Part shown: positions 28,925-46,169 of the stretch, piece after piece
Layout of the letters: the number at the start of each line of letters is the position of its first letter
Numbering within the stretch: position 1 is the stretch's first letter
Origin: the human T2T-CHM13v2.0 reference genome, Homo sapiens
Direction: 5' to 3' (one strand)
DNA length: 64,000 nt
NCBI RefSeq assembly: GCF_009914755.1
Contig: NC_060942.1
The notes under the pieces: model-generated
The model's input: only the letters and a program-made list of their open reading frames with translations
What the model was told of the DNA's origin: nothing
Database searches by the model: none
Position numbers and translations under genes: made by a program

Positions 28925-29400
28925 TTTATAAATGCTTTCAAGCACAAATAAGAAAGGACCAAAACAACAGTGGCTTTATGAACAAATATATTTTATTAGT
29001 TCACCTGACAGGCTCCTTATCTAGAGATAAAGCATCCAGCAGGCCAGTGATGTCAGGAAATGTGGCCCTCCCTGGCCACTGGCCACTGGCCACTGGAGCA
29101 GTGCCTGTCACAAGACCTCACACCAGTGTCCCAAGCAAGAAGGACAGACAGAGGCAAACACATCTTTTTTATATTTGTCCCCACGAGCAGATTTCTCTTT
29201 CTACCTTATCAATCAGAACCTTTTTACTATCATATCCCTGGTTTGGGGGAAATGACGATGTGGCCTAGAGAGTGTGGGTCACCATGACTGACTTACACTA
29301 AGTATGCAAAGCTTTACATCAAGGTACCTCCATCTACCACTTAAGCAAATGCAGAAAGAATCATGTAGAAAGGTATGTTGTTGAGTACAAAACAGTGTCT
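28925..29400 (-). mobile_element. Possible old MLT1 (K/L-type) LTR
   Basis: aacagtggcttta...ttattagttcac...cagatttctctttctaccttatcaatcagaacc; highly degraded. Confidence 0.35.
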
Positions 29401-31246
29401 TTCTCACTGAGGAAGTTCATCTAGGTCTTAGCTAAAATATTATTATCTTCAAATATGTCAGGCCTCCTATAACACTCTCTATTCATAGCACTAATTAGGC
29501 TCCCTTGTGACTTCCTTATGGGACCTTATACTCACCCTATTGTAATATTTCCCATACTTCACATTATTTGTGTGATGTCTACCTTTCTTGGTATAATGTT
29601 AAGTCTATGAGGGCTAAGATCATGACTGTTTTTGTTCATTACTTAATCTATATCATAAATACTAACATATATTTACAGAAAAAAGGAGTAACAACAATAA
29701 AAGCAAACTATAATGTGTCCTGACCTATACTTTTCTTCCCAAACTCTCCTCTGAGAATCATACCCACATGTACAACAGTCTACTAGTTATCTCCATTTAG
29801 ATATTTTAATATAGTCCTAAAATAAAGCTCTTACAGTGGATTACCACTCTGTGATGAGGTTAGCATCTAACGTAAGCACAAAAGCCACAATCAAATATAA
29901 TTACAAGTACCCTTAGGAATACATAAAGCACAGTGATATTCAGAAACATGTTGCTCGAGTAGGAACAGCATGACACCTAGGGCCTACTGTGATACTTTTC
30001 ATGTAGCAGGTATCATAAATAATCATTGTTTATTGAATATATGAAGTTGTTGGTTTGGATGTGGTCAGGTCAGCAGAACGAACCAAGAAAAATTATCATA
30101 TTGTCAAAGGAAGCACTCTGAATTCCTCATGCCTTCTAATTATGCCGGTCTAGAAAAAGCTGTCATCAGATCTAAAATACCTATTTAAATCCTAATTATG
30201 TATTTACTAAACCCAACAACACAACATGGGTATTTCTTGTTTTTTATTTGGACATAAGCAATACATTCCCCATTAAACAATTAGAAATGCAAACCACTAC
30301 AGTGAAACTGCTTCCAGGCTAACAAATACCCAGGGACAACCCGTCAATTTTGGAGGCTTGCATTTTACTGTGAATGTTGCCTTCTATTTCTGGAAACCAC
30401 GTAAGGATTATCTAAAGTGGTCACTTAAGAAGAGGGTACTTCCTTTTAGAGACACTCTGTGATTCCTAACTTCTCAAGGTTGTCTTGAAAGGATTTGACC
30501 AGATATCTAGTATTTCACTGGTTATGTTATTAGAAGGGTAGGAGATAACTGGCAATGCATTTTTCACCTGGCTGCAGAAGTAGAAACATCAGGAAGAGTA
30601 CATGGTATTTATTCAAAAGGACTAATTTAACCTGGTTTTCTTTCTACCATAGATTTATGGGACGTTTATTTAACCAATTTTTGCACCAGTACTCTTCCAG
30701 GCATTGAGCCTATGGAGATAAAAAAGAAGACATGAATACAAGGGGCTATTATTCTCTAGTGGGGAAGAAAGAAAATTACCTTATTTTATAACAGAGTACA
30801 AGGGTTATGCACAGAGATACGCATATTAGAATGTGATAGCAAAAAGGAGAGGCAAATATGGCATAACATTTGTCTTAAGACTTTTCTTCCATACACACAT
30901 ACAAATCTATTCTGGATCATAGCTAAGAGATGAATGGGGACCATTTTCAGGCCTGCTGTGTAACAATGCTGAGATTGCATATTGCACTAGGGAGACCATT
31001 CTCCTTGTGGACATGTCCTAACACACCAGGTATGGAGGCTGAGTTGCAACTATATATTCAGATGTGCCCTGAGTCACTTATTTCCTGTGCCTTTGCTTGA
31101 CAAGCCTAATCCCTCTCATCACCTAGAGTAAGCCTGCCCGACTTCCTCAGCCTCTGCCTGCAGTGTCTTCCTCCTGCTCTTGACCTTATAGAGCATTTGG
31201 ATGTGTATAAGCAGGCAAGCATATAGGCATGTGTGCGCCCAGCTAA

Positions 31247-33660
<2,414 letters not shown>

Positions 33661-33678
33661 GTCTTCTGCTAGGGAATA

Positions 33679-34016
33679 GAGTTGTCCTTCACTATCCCCT
33701 GGGGATTGGTTCCAGGAACTCCAGTGGTACCAAATCCACAGACATTCAAGTCCCTGACACAAATTGACATAGTATTTTCATAGAACCCACACACATCCTC
33801 CTGTATACTTAAAATCATCTCTAGATTACTCATATTACCTAATTAAAATATAAATACTATGTTAAAAGTTGCTATGCTATATATTGTTTAGGGAATAATG
33901 ATAATAATTAAGTCTGTACATGCTCTGCACACATGCAGGCATCCGTTTTTTCCCCAAATGGTTCCCATCCATGGTTTGTTGAATCCATGGGACCTGTGAA
34001 TAAGGAGAGCCAACTG
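33679..34016 (+). mobile_element. MER2 (TcMar-Tigger MITE)
   Basis: agttgtcc...ggggattggttccagga...aaatcatctctagattact...gttgaatccatgg...gccaactg. Confidence 0.9.
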
Positions 34017-34197
34017 CATTAATGAAAACAAGTTTGGATGGTGCCTGAGTAGCAAACGAAGCGATTGTTTGGGAGGCAGCGTGATGTGGAAAGGACCTGA
34101 TGTAAATTCCTGGATACAAACTCGATGACAGGGTCTCCTTGGCCATTCCCTCTACTTCCATAGTAGTTTCTTCAACTATTAAAAAAAAAAAAGACAG

Positions 34198-34679
34198 TTC
34201 CTTCATTTGCTAGGACTACTATAACAAAGAACCCTAAACTGGGTGACTTAAACAGCACAAATGTATTTTCTTACTTTCTGGAAGGTAGAAGGTAAGTCAA
34301 AGTATCAGCAGGCCGGTTCCTCCTGAGGGCTGTGAGGAAAGGATCTGTTCCAGGCCTCTCTCCTTGGCTGTCAAATGGCCATCTTTTCCTGGGTCTCTTC
34401 ACATTGTCTTCTCTCTAGGGATGTCTGTCTCTCTGTCCAAATATCCCCTTTTTATAAGACACTAGTCCTTTCGGATTAAGCCCTGCCTTAGAGACCTCAT
34501 TTTAACTAATTACATCTGTAATGACCCTATTTTCAAATAAGGTATTTAGGTTGGTGCAAAAGTAATTGCAGTTTTTGCCATTACTTTCAACGACAAAAAC
34601 CACAAATTACTTTTGTACCAACCTAATACTAGGGGGTAGGACTTCAACAGATAAATTTGACACAATTCAATACATAACA
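34198..34679 (-). mobile_element. MLT1B/C-type LTR containing MADE1
   Basis: tttgctaggactactataacaaa...ttccaggcctctctccttggct...acacaattcaatacataaca. Confidence 0.8.
34546..34626. mobile_element. MADE1 (Hsmar1-derived MITE; miR-548-type hairpin)
   Basis: ttaggttggtgcaaaagtaattgcagtttttgcc...aaaaaccacaaattacttttgtaccaacctaa, followed by TA. Confidence 0.95.
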
Positions 34680-35465
34680 CGTGGATTGGTAAAAATCTCT
34701 AAGTTCCCACTCGGCTCCAAAATTATATGACTTTTTCTCTTAATAATTCAGAAAAACCAACTCACAATTTTTTTTAAGTCAAAAATAAGGGGTAGGTTTG
34801 TCTAAATTCCATTAATTACTCGCAATCATGAAATTATCCAGCTAATGCCTTACTCTTTGCTGTTCTCTTTAAGATAGATGAAGTACTGGCAGATTCCCTC
34901 TCTAGCCTGAGTTGGCACTGCCCCTTTTGGCTGTTGCAGGAGCAGTTGTTACATGTGGCTGCAGCCCTGACCTTTCTCTGTCACCCATGCCCAAGGTCAG
35001 ACCCTGCCACTGCAGCTCTGAAAGACCACAGACTTCATTTTATTTTATTTATTTTTTATTAGCCCTAAATTACTTTCCTAGGTGTTTTTATTGTGTGTGC
35101 ACTTTTTTTCTTGAAATTCAGGAACTGAAGCAGGCTTCCAAAGCACACAGTGGATGGTCTAACACCATATGGTGCTGACATTAAGCTTTATATTGTGTGA
35201 CTAATGGCTTAACTCGGGGCTTGAGTGCAGTTTAACCTTTTTAATATTCATGCATTGCACTAGTGTGTGCAAGTATTATATATCCAGTATATAGATATAA
35301 GCACTAAATGTTCTCAGTTGTTGATATGGTCAGACAGGGTGTGGTAGGAGGTGCTTTGCTTTGTACGCAGAGGACCTGGTGAGGGAGAGCTGTTATAATT
35401 ATCTTAGAACTCACCTTTGGTTCATCTCACTTAAAACCAAAAATGTGTCTGCCCTAAAGTGGTGA

Positions 35466-35795
<330 letters not shown>

Positions 35796-35823
35796 TAAGA
35801 GAATTTTGGTATTATTAAAAGGA

Positions 35824-36132
35824 TTTTTTTTCTTTATTTTATTTTTTTTCTGAGATGGAGTCTTGCCGTGTCACCCAGACTGGAGTGCAGTGGCACGATC
35901 TCGGCTCACTGCAACCTCTGCCTTCTGGCTTCAAGCGTTTCTCCTGCTTCAGCCTCCCAAGTATCACTGGTATTACAGGCACATGCCACCATGCTCGGCT
36001 AATTTTTGTATTCTTAGTAGAGATGGGATTTCACCATGTTGGCCAGGCTGGTCTTGAACTTTCGACCTCGTGATCCACTGCCTTGGCCTCCCAAAGTGCT
36101 GGGATTACAGGCATGAGCCACTGCACCCAGCC
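35824..36132 (-). mobile_element. AluS (Sg-like)
   Basis: Diagnostic acctcgtgatcc; TSD aaggattt. Confidence 0.92.
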
Positions 36133-37397
36133 CAAGGATTTATTTTTAAATGGAATTTGGTAGTGTATGTAAGTCCCTCAACAAGAAAAATAAGGCTTCC
36201 TTATATAGGCTGAGCCAAAGACTCAACATCTTCAACATATATTCATTTCATTCAGAGTCTACAGCAAAAAAGATTTAAGTAAGGAAATGTACAAAACCAG
36301 TGTTTGAAATGTTCACTTTTTTTAAACTTTGAGAAATAGCTTTTACTCAATCAGATAGAAAAGTTACAGTGACCCAGCAAGAATTGGATATTCATTTTAT
36401 TTTTGGATGAAAAATGAAGTACCGAGACATTTCATTATGGCCATGGGTCCTACACTCATTCTTAACCTGAACTCTCTGGTTTCTCTGCACACACAAGGCC
36501 CTGGTGCCCTCTTCAGCACACACACCTGATAGATGAGCTCTGCTCCTTCCCAGAGAAAATTCCTCAAGTTGTCCTTGGTGACTCCTGGTCTGGGGATGGC
36601 TATTACTGAGTCATACCTTTAAAGTGTCTGAGAAAGAAGCAATTTGTGGTCATGAAAAATTAGGAGTCCACTTTTAAATCTATAGGTATTGCTATTTTGG
36701 AGTGGAGCTGGACAGATTGGTAAGTAAATCCTGTAGTGATGAGGAGAGTCAAAGTATAGGAAAGGGGATGATGGGATTGTATTCCACTCCTAAACAAGGA
36801 AGTATAATTATGTGAACACTGCATGTCAGATCTTCTTTGAAAGAAGATGCGTAGAGTTACATTTAGTATGTTTAGTGTGAAAGCCTATGAATGCTGAAGA
36901 TGGGTGGGTTAAAAATAGAAAGAAAATAAATGACATATTAATATATGATGCAGTAAATTCTGAATGTGGGTAAATTTATTTTTTAATTAGCCCACCTAAA
37001 GCTCCAGAAAAATAATTTTCCAGGTACTCATTAAAAATTAAAAATAAAAATATAATGGTGAAAAATAAAATCCTACCTGATTGTCACATTTGTTTATGAA
37101 ATAATAAAAAGATAATGCTTTTCATAATTTAATAAATATGTATAGAAGCATCAAATTTTTATTTAAAAAGGCCTTAGCAATCCTACTCTGTTATTTTCTA
37201 GGTAACCAAGAGTTCATTAATTTACATTTTAACTTAAGTATTACATGATTGCACAAAAGCATTTAGCAAAATGAATTACGAACTTTTTTGAACACGTAAT
37301 CTTTAAATAAGGATGAATTAAAGTAAATGAATCTTAGTTTTATATTCAAGTCAACCATCTTGTTATTTAAATAAGTTTCTTGTTTAAAAGAAATTAA

Positions 37398-38360
37398 AGA
37401 GTAAACAGGCAACCTACAGAATGGGAGAAAATATTTGCAAACTATGACTCCAACAAAAGACTAATATCCAGAATCCATAAGAAACTTAAATCAACAAGAA
37501 AAAAAATAACCCCATTAAAAAGTGAGCACAGTACATGAAGAGACACTTCTCAAAAGAAGATATGCAAGCAGTGAAAAAATGCTCAACATCACTAATCATC
37601 AGAGAAATGTAAATTAAAACCGCAATGAGACACTAACTCATACCAATCAGAGTGGCTATTATTAAAAAGTAAAAAAATAACAGATGTTGGTGAGAATGTA
37701 GAGTAAAGGGAATGCTTATCTACCATTGGTGGGAATGTAAATTTGTTCAACCCCTATGGAAAACAGTAGGAAGATTTCTCAAAGAACTAAAAGTAGAACT
37801 ACCGTTTGACTCAGTAATGTCACTGCAGGGTATCTACCCATAGGAAAAGAAATTGTGTATCAAAAAGACACCCACATTTGTATGATTATCACATCACTAT
37901 TCACTATTCCATAGCAAAGCCATAGAATCAACCTGTGTCCATCAATGGTGGATTGGATTTTTTTAATGTGATACTTATATACCATGGAATACATATCACC
38001 ATAAAAAAGAATGAAATCATGAACTTTACAGTAACATGGATGAAGCTAGAGGCCATTATCCTAAGTGAATTAACGGCAGGAACATAAAATCCGATACCGC
38101 ATATTCTCACTTATAAGTGGGAGCTAAACAATGGGTACATATGGATGTAAAGATGAAAGCAATAGACACTGGGGGCTCCAAAAGATGGGGAGGCAGGAAG
38201 AAGGGGAAGCGTTGAAAAACTGCCTATTGGGTACTGTGTTCACCATTTGATTGATGGGTTCACTAGGAGCTCAAACCCCAGCATTACCCAATATGCCCAG
38301 GTAACAAACCTGCATATGTACCCCCTGTATCTACAATTTTTAAAAAAATAAAGAAAAAGA
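37398..38360 (+). mobile_element. L1 3' end (L1PB4/L1PA16-17-like)
   Basis: agagtaaacaggcaacctacagaatgggag ... gtaacaaacctgcatatgtaccccctg, then an A-rich tail. Confidence 0.88.
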
Positions 38361-39000
38361 AGACAGGATAATGATTACCTTGGCACAGGAGACAAAGATA
38401 GTGATTTTTAAATAGTATTAGAGATTAACTTTGTATGTTTTTGAATTTTGTATAAATAGATTGATATTATGTATCCTTTTTTGTCTACATTTTTCATTCA
38501 ACATTTATAAAAATTACTTACATTGTCGCGTTTAGCATTAATTTATTCTGACTTTATGTAGTCTATTGCAGAATTTATCATTCATTTTTCTATTCTACAA
38601 TTGACAGATTGTTTTCTATTTATGACTATTAAAAAGAATTCCAAAAAATGAAATATGTATTATTGTGCATGTATTTTTGCACATATGTATATATTTCTGC
38701 TGTGTATGTACCTAAGATTGGAAGTGCTGGTTTGTGAAGAATACATCCATTCAATTTTGGTAGAAAATGCTACTTTTCTATTATTAATGTATGAGAGTTC
38801 CACTGGCTTTAGGTCTTCAGCAGACTTCAGGAATGCAGCAAAAGTCATATTTATAGGCGAATTTGTAGTCTCTTATGCATTAATTAGAAAAAAATGGTTG
38901 AAAATTAATTATATAAGCATCCATTTTATGGAGTAAGAAAATTAAACTCCCATGTTTAAAAATTAAACTCTCCACGTTAATCCCAAAGAAAATGGAATGA

Positions 39001-39481
<481 letters not shown>

Positions 39482-39499
39482 TCATTAAAAATATCATAG

Positions 39500-39730
39500 G
39501 AGTGGGAGCTAAGCTATGAGGACGGAAAGGCATAAGAATGATAAAATGGACTTTGGGGATTCGGGGAAAGGGTGGGAGGGAGTGAAGGATAAAAGACTAC
39601 GCATTAGAGACAGTGTACACTGCTTGGGTGATGGGTGCACCAAAATATCACAAATCATCACTAACGAACTATTCATGTACCCAAACACAACCTCTTCCCC
39701 AAAAACCTATTGAAATAAATAAAAATAAAA
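39500..39730 (+). mobile_element. L1PB1-like 3' end
   Basis: agtgggagctaagctatgagga...gtacactgcttgggtgatgggtgcacc...ccccaaaaacctattgaaataaa. Confidence 0.8.
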
Positions 39731-40615
<885 letters not shown>

Positions 40616-40957
40616 ATGTTAAAGAGGATAGCATGAATAACTTTATGCCAATACATTAAAAATTATCAAAATATTAGCAATTACTTTGTTGTTATTTAAG
40701 AACAATTGAGGAAAAACATATGACCTATCTCTTACCCTGGGTCAGTTTTAAATAAAGTCATGCCTTCCGTAGCGCCGCAGTGTCATTGCTTTTTGGCTGT
40801 GTGACATGTCAAGAAGGGTGAGAAGGTTCTGTCAGGACAATAGATTTCATATGACATGGTATACTGCAGTTTTGTTCTTGAATTCAGTTCAGCCTCTGAC
40901 AATTGTAATTGCAGTTACATTAAATGAATGGTTTTCTGTGGCTCTGTAGTAAAATGG

Positions 40958-41145
40958 TGAGACAGCGTATTGTAGTGAAAAAGACAGGGTTGCTGATGGT
41001 AGCCAAATCTATATTCAAATACAAGTCCTCTGTATCCCAGTTGTATAATGTCTTGGATAAGTTATTAACACTCTGAACCTCAGATTTCTCATGAGTGAAA
41101 TGAGGATAATACAACCAACCTCACATGCCTGTCCAGAGGTATAAA
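40958..41145 (+). mobile_element. MIR
   Basis: tcttggataagttattaacactctgaacctcagatttctcatgagtgaaatgaggataatac. Confidence 0.7.
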
Positions 41146-43399
41146 AACAGTTCTGATATTTATATTTTATTCTGTTTCACGAACATCTATTTTCTATTAA
41201 AACTGTCCTAGAAAAGGCCTGAAACAAAAAAGGAAAATTTATAAAACTATCATTTGGAAACTATTTTTTTCTTGATGGTTATACAGTGGGACTTTTCTTA
41301 TTTCTTTTATGAACACCAAACTGCTATTCTTTCAAAATATGTAGATAATAAGAAAGGTCTTCCTTACCTAATTTTATTTCCAAGTTTTTGGCAACACTAA
41401 TCTGATTTCTTTACTTTTTCTAGAGTAGACTTTGTAAGAGAATATAATGTGTCTCTGTGTTTTGTGGGGTTTTGCTTTGTTTTGGTTTGTCTTTAGTTAC
41501 TAGCACAGTGCCTGAGCGAGAGGCCCTCAAATAAACTCTTCTTGGAAAAAACTGAATTAAATGAAACATGCTCAAAGCTGTTATATGTTATGGAAATTGT
41601 TCATAAGAATTTCTATCACTCTAGAAATTATATATTACACTTCAGAATTCCAGAATCTTCAAAAACCAAATTTATTAGTAAATATTATATTTTCTAAAAA
41701 TATATTGTAATAAAGACAAGTCCCTAAAATAGAGATTCCACATGCATTATTCATATAGAGTATAGTAGGCCGTAATTCTAGGGTTTTTAAGATTTCTTCT
41801 TGATGTAAAATCCTTACCTTGACCAATAAATTTTAGATTTCTAAGCTGATGTTTTAAAAATGTAGGTCTTTTTTTTTTATTAGATTTCACTGTGATTTAC
41901 TTAGGTATCTATAAAGGAATTAAGCAAATACTGGGTCACATGTCTCTGTATCCAGAATTTCCCATAAATTGGGGTGTGGGCACCCTGGCAATCAAGTGGT
42001 GGTATTAAAAACTTTGTCAATTTTCTACGGTCCTTTTGTTTGGTTTTTGAAGGGACTTATTACTATGAGTAAATATGCTATATTTGTTTTAGTCAAGATA
42101 GCATAAGAGGGATGGTCAATTAAGAATGAAAAAAATCATTGTAAATATTAGCCCAGACCATATAAATTCATAGGTCAAATATTTTGTGCTATTCTCTTAA
42201 CCCTTGAAAACGACTACATCTATAGATGATGTAGTCTTTTACCACATTCATGATGTATATTTAATTCCTGAAGTCTGTGATTTTCAGTAGGAACTGTTAG
42301 AATGCTCAAAGGAGGATTCTAATGAGGGGCGGGAAGGAGTTGGACTAAAAAATGCAAATACAATCTGTGATCTTGCAATAATCAGCAAATCATTTTTAAT
42401 GCAGTAAAGACCTCTAAATTTTATAGAGGCTTTTAAATTAACATATAATTACAATGAAAAACTACATATGTTAACTTGTTAATTATTGATGGCATATATA
42501 AAAATCATAGTCACAAAATGATGTATATGTGTACTGTCACTAGAAAAATTAGCAGTTTGGTGTTTCTAAAGAAATACAGTCAGTGCCAATCTATGGCACG
42601 AAAGAAAAATTTAGTATTAGTTTTCAAATGATCACTTTATTTTTCTCTATCAAGAAAAATCTCTAGGAATTATAGTATTATTTTTAATATACATGATGAG
42701 TGGCCACAACTTTTCTTTTGGAGAGTCATATTTCTGTTTCATGATGGTCTTAACATAATGTTGGCAGCAGAAAAGTCTTCCAGGTGCACCTGCAGAGACC
42801 AGATGGCTTTCCACTCCTCTGCTTGGGAGTGGGTCTCGGTTCCCAGCATGTTATCACCCTTTCCTGGGAGCAAAGCACCAGGTGTTTCCCAGGCTTCGTT
42901 TGCATTCCATACACACTTCATGCTCTTTTGCTTCCAAACGTGCACAAAACTATTCCTTACTCCTTTTGTATTGCTAATGTTCGTTTATTCTTCAGATTAA
43001 TTTTGTGACCCTGAGAAAAGTTAGTGCGCAAGGGTGAATTAAAGGATGTGAGATTGCTCAAAGGGCAGCACTAGCTGGAAGGGGAATGGAGAAATTGCCA
43101 CCAGTTTACACTGTAGCTGAGAGAGTTATGGGAGAAGTTTTAAAGTGAAAACATATCAAAGAAAAAAAAGGTTTATTATTTCTGTTATTCTTCTTCTCAG
43201 TGGTCTTTCTATAAGCTAAGTTCATACAAACTTTCAAACAGACAATCTAACCTTAAACAACTTAATTCAGTCAACATCCTCCTGACCATCACTGAAATTA
43301 AATAGTATCGGGGTGGGTGATGACCAACTCTTAACCAAAACAACCAACATAATGAGGAGCGCTGTTCCTTGGAGGAAACTTTCCCTCTCTTAGTACCAT

Positions 43400-43721
43400 G
43401 ATTTCAGGAATCATTTCATGTAAGGATGCTATCCTTGGTAGTTAAGCTGAAATAAAATAACTCAGGCAATATATATGACTTAAAACTCAACTTGGCTTAG
43501 CTTCTTGGGAAGCTAAGAAAGGAAGTATGGCCTTTCTTATTGACTCTGGCAACTCCCCAGATTTCAAAGTATCATTAAAAACTCTAAGAAAAAAATTATG
43601 CATGTCAGGCATAACTTTGTCAAAATTAGTCTGAAAGCCCATCTGGCTACAGTGTCTTATTGAATTTGTCACATTTTATAGGTAGTTGAGTTTCTTTCCT
43701 AATAATCAATCTCTCCAAGGG
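43400..43721 (-). mobile_element. Ancient non-LTR retrotransposon ORF2 fossil (L1/Tx1-like, RT N-terminal region)
   Basis: Minus-strand translation with one frameshift: LERLIIRKETQLPIKCDKFNKTL*PDGLSD*F / DKVMPDMHNFFLRVFNDTLKSGELPESIRKAIL. This matches the pattern LxxPITxxExxxAIKxxxxxKxPGPDG...EFYK...LxxVFNxxxxxGxLPxSxRxA. Confidence 0.7.
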
Positions 43722-43869
43722 ATGACAAGAATTACTTCATTGTATAAGCAAATTGCTACAGTTGGTTACCCCGACAAGACATTCTCTCTCCCAGAACTTC
43801 ATTGCTTAAATAAATTTCTAACTTTTTATTTGGAAGATCCAAATTTTAACTCTCCAGTGGCCCTCAAGT

Positions 43870-44598
43870 GGATACATCCTATGTTTACCGTCACCCAATT
43901 CCAAGCAGCATGTATTAAATAACCTCCTAACTTATCGCCTCACATAAACTGCTGCCCTCTTCAATCCGTTCTCATACTGGAGCCACAGTGATACTTTCAG
44001 AACACAATTTGGATCACACTTTCCAAACCATAACCTCTACTTTCTACCCTTCCCCACTTCTTTCCTCTTAAAACACCTCTGTGACCTCCTGTTAATGTGG
44101 CTTCCGAGTTATTGCCTGGTCTCACTTCCACCTGTCTCTCCGTTCATCTCATCCTGCCCTCACTGTTCTTGGTGCTTTGCTCATACTGACCTTTCATTTT
44201 CTCTAGTGATCATTAGGTATCCTCCCTACCTGACAACCCACCCAATATCATGCTGCTACTCATCCTTTGCCAGAATGTTTGCCCTCCTACAACCCCTCAC
44301 TGAGTTAACTCTACTTACCCTTCCAATCTCAGCTCAAGGAAGCCTTTCCCATCCCTTCAGAATACGTCAGATCTACTATTCTACTTTCAGTCATCATCCT
44401 CTACCTTTCCTTGTGCTCATCACCAGTTTATATATTTGTGTACTTATTTGATTAATGTCTTCTTCCCCCCTAGCTTCTAAGCCTCAACTGCAAGAGATCA
44501 CATTCTGTCTTCTCATCATTATATCCTCAGCAATCAGCAGAGTTCTGCTCATAGACTGGGCACTCAAGACATAAATGAATGCATGAATAAATGAATGC
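43870..44598 (+). mobile_element. L2 3' region
   Basis: ataacctcctaact...cttcaatccgttctcatactggagccacagtgatacttt...; tail aaatgaatgcatgaataaatgaatg. Confidence 0.7.
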
Positions 44599-45727
44599 CA
44601 AGAAAGGATTATATTTTTTCTGTTCCTTTACCTTTCTGGGTTTTACCCCTAAAAGTAAAATATTCTTATTCACCTGACAGATTTTAAAGCTTGCCATGCT
44701 CATACTTAAAGTGATGGATATTGGCATTGTTTGCAAAAATAAAATGCTTGACTACATGGTAGGCATGAAAAAAAACCTTTGATGAGTAACAGAAACTTCT
44801 CTATGTATCTGGCTAGCAAACCATTTGCCTACATTTGTGGGCAGGGGTAAAATATAAACATATTAATTCCCTTTATCTCATGAGAGACAAGGTCTAGAAA
44901 ACCAGAAAATGCCCCTTTGCTTTTTACCTTACAAGCGTTCTTTGAAGCAATTTTGTCCCAGACACTACATGGCTAAGATACACAGGTGAAATAAGCACCA
45001 TCCCTGCTCTCAAGAAGTTCCCTCTCTTACAAAGTTCGCTCTCCTCTTATATAGCTCTACAACACCTCTATAGGACTGAAGCAACCTTCCAAAATTTGAA
45101 GTTTCATACCAAAATTTCAAACATGAAGCTCTTTATCTGCCAATATATTGTATCATAAATATATTCAGGTTTTATAAACAGAAAATCTTTGTTTCCATGT
45201 TGGGAAGTTTTAAATATATATTTAATAGTTGCTCAGTCAACATGAGCTGAATGGACTGATTGATTAGGTGTTATGGTGACTTTAAAGTGAAATTTTACCA
45301 TCATTTCCCTTTATCTTCCTCAGCTCACACAAAGATTCTTTTAAAAGTAGTGGCATGCAACTGTAGTGGATATCGTTCAACTACATGCGAGTCCACTTAA
45401 GGTTACGAGAAACATATAGCACAGATCAGAATATCTTAGTTGAACATTGCCACTCCCCTCATTGCATACATAACCTTTAGCAAATTCAAGATTTCCTTAT
45501 ATTTCTTTTAAATATTTTAAAATTTCTTTTTCAGAAAAGAGATTGGCAACTTCAGATTGGAAGTGGATCATAGCAGGAATCCAAGCCTATAAATCAGGTA
45601 TGGAATAGATCAAGGAACTCAGAAGTCCAAGAATGAGCAACTCTACTGAGGTTTTTCAGCTATAAAATGGAGTAATAATGATTGTGCTTTCTTCAAGTGT
45701 TTTTGTTAATATTTGGAAAGTGTTTTA

Positions 45728-46169
<442 letters not shown>

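Noticed and set aside
29072-29096. (ctggcca)3 short tandem repeat
   Set aside because: Trivial slippage repeat inside a degraded LTR-like region.
40765-40811. ccgtagcgccgcagtg as a CTCF site and tgacatgtca as a p53 site
   Set aside because: Poor fit to the CTCF core, and only an imperfect p53 half-site.
45366-45453. Imperfect inverted repeat gtgg..gttcaacta / tagttgaac..ccac as a possible MITE
   Set aside because: Only 9 bp exact, with no TSD or family match that I can support.
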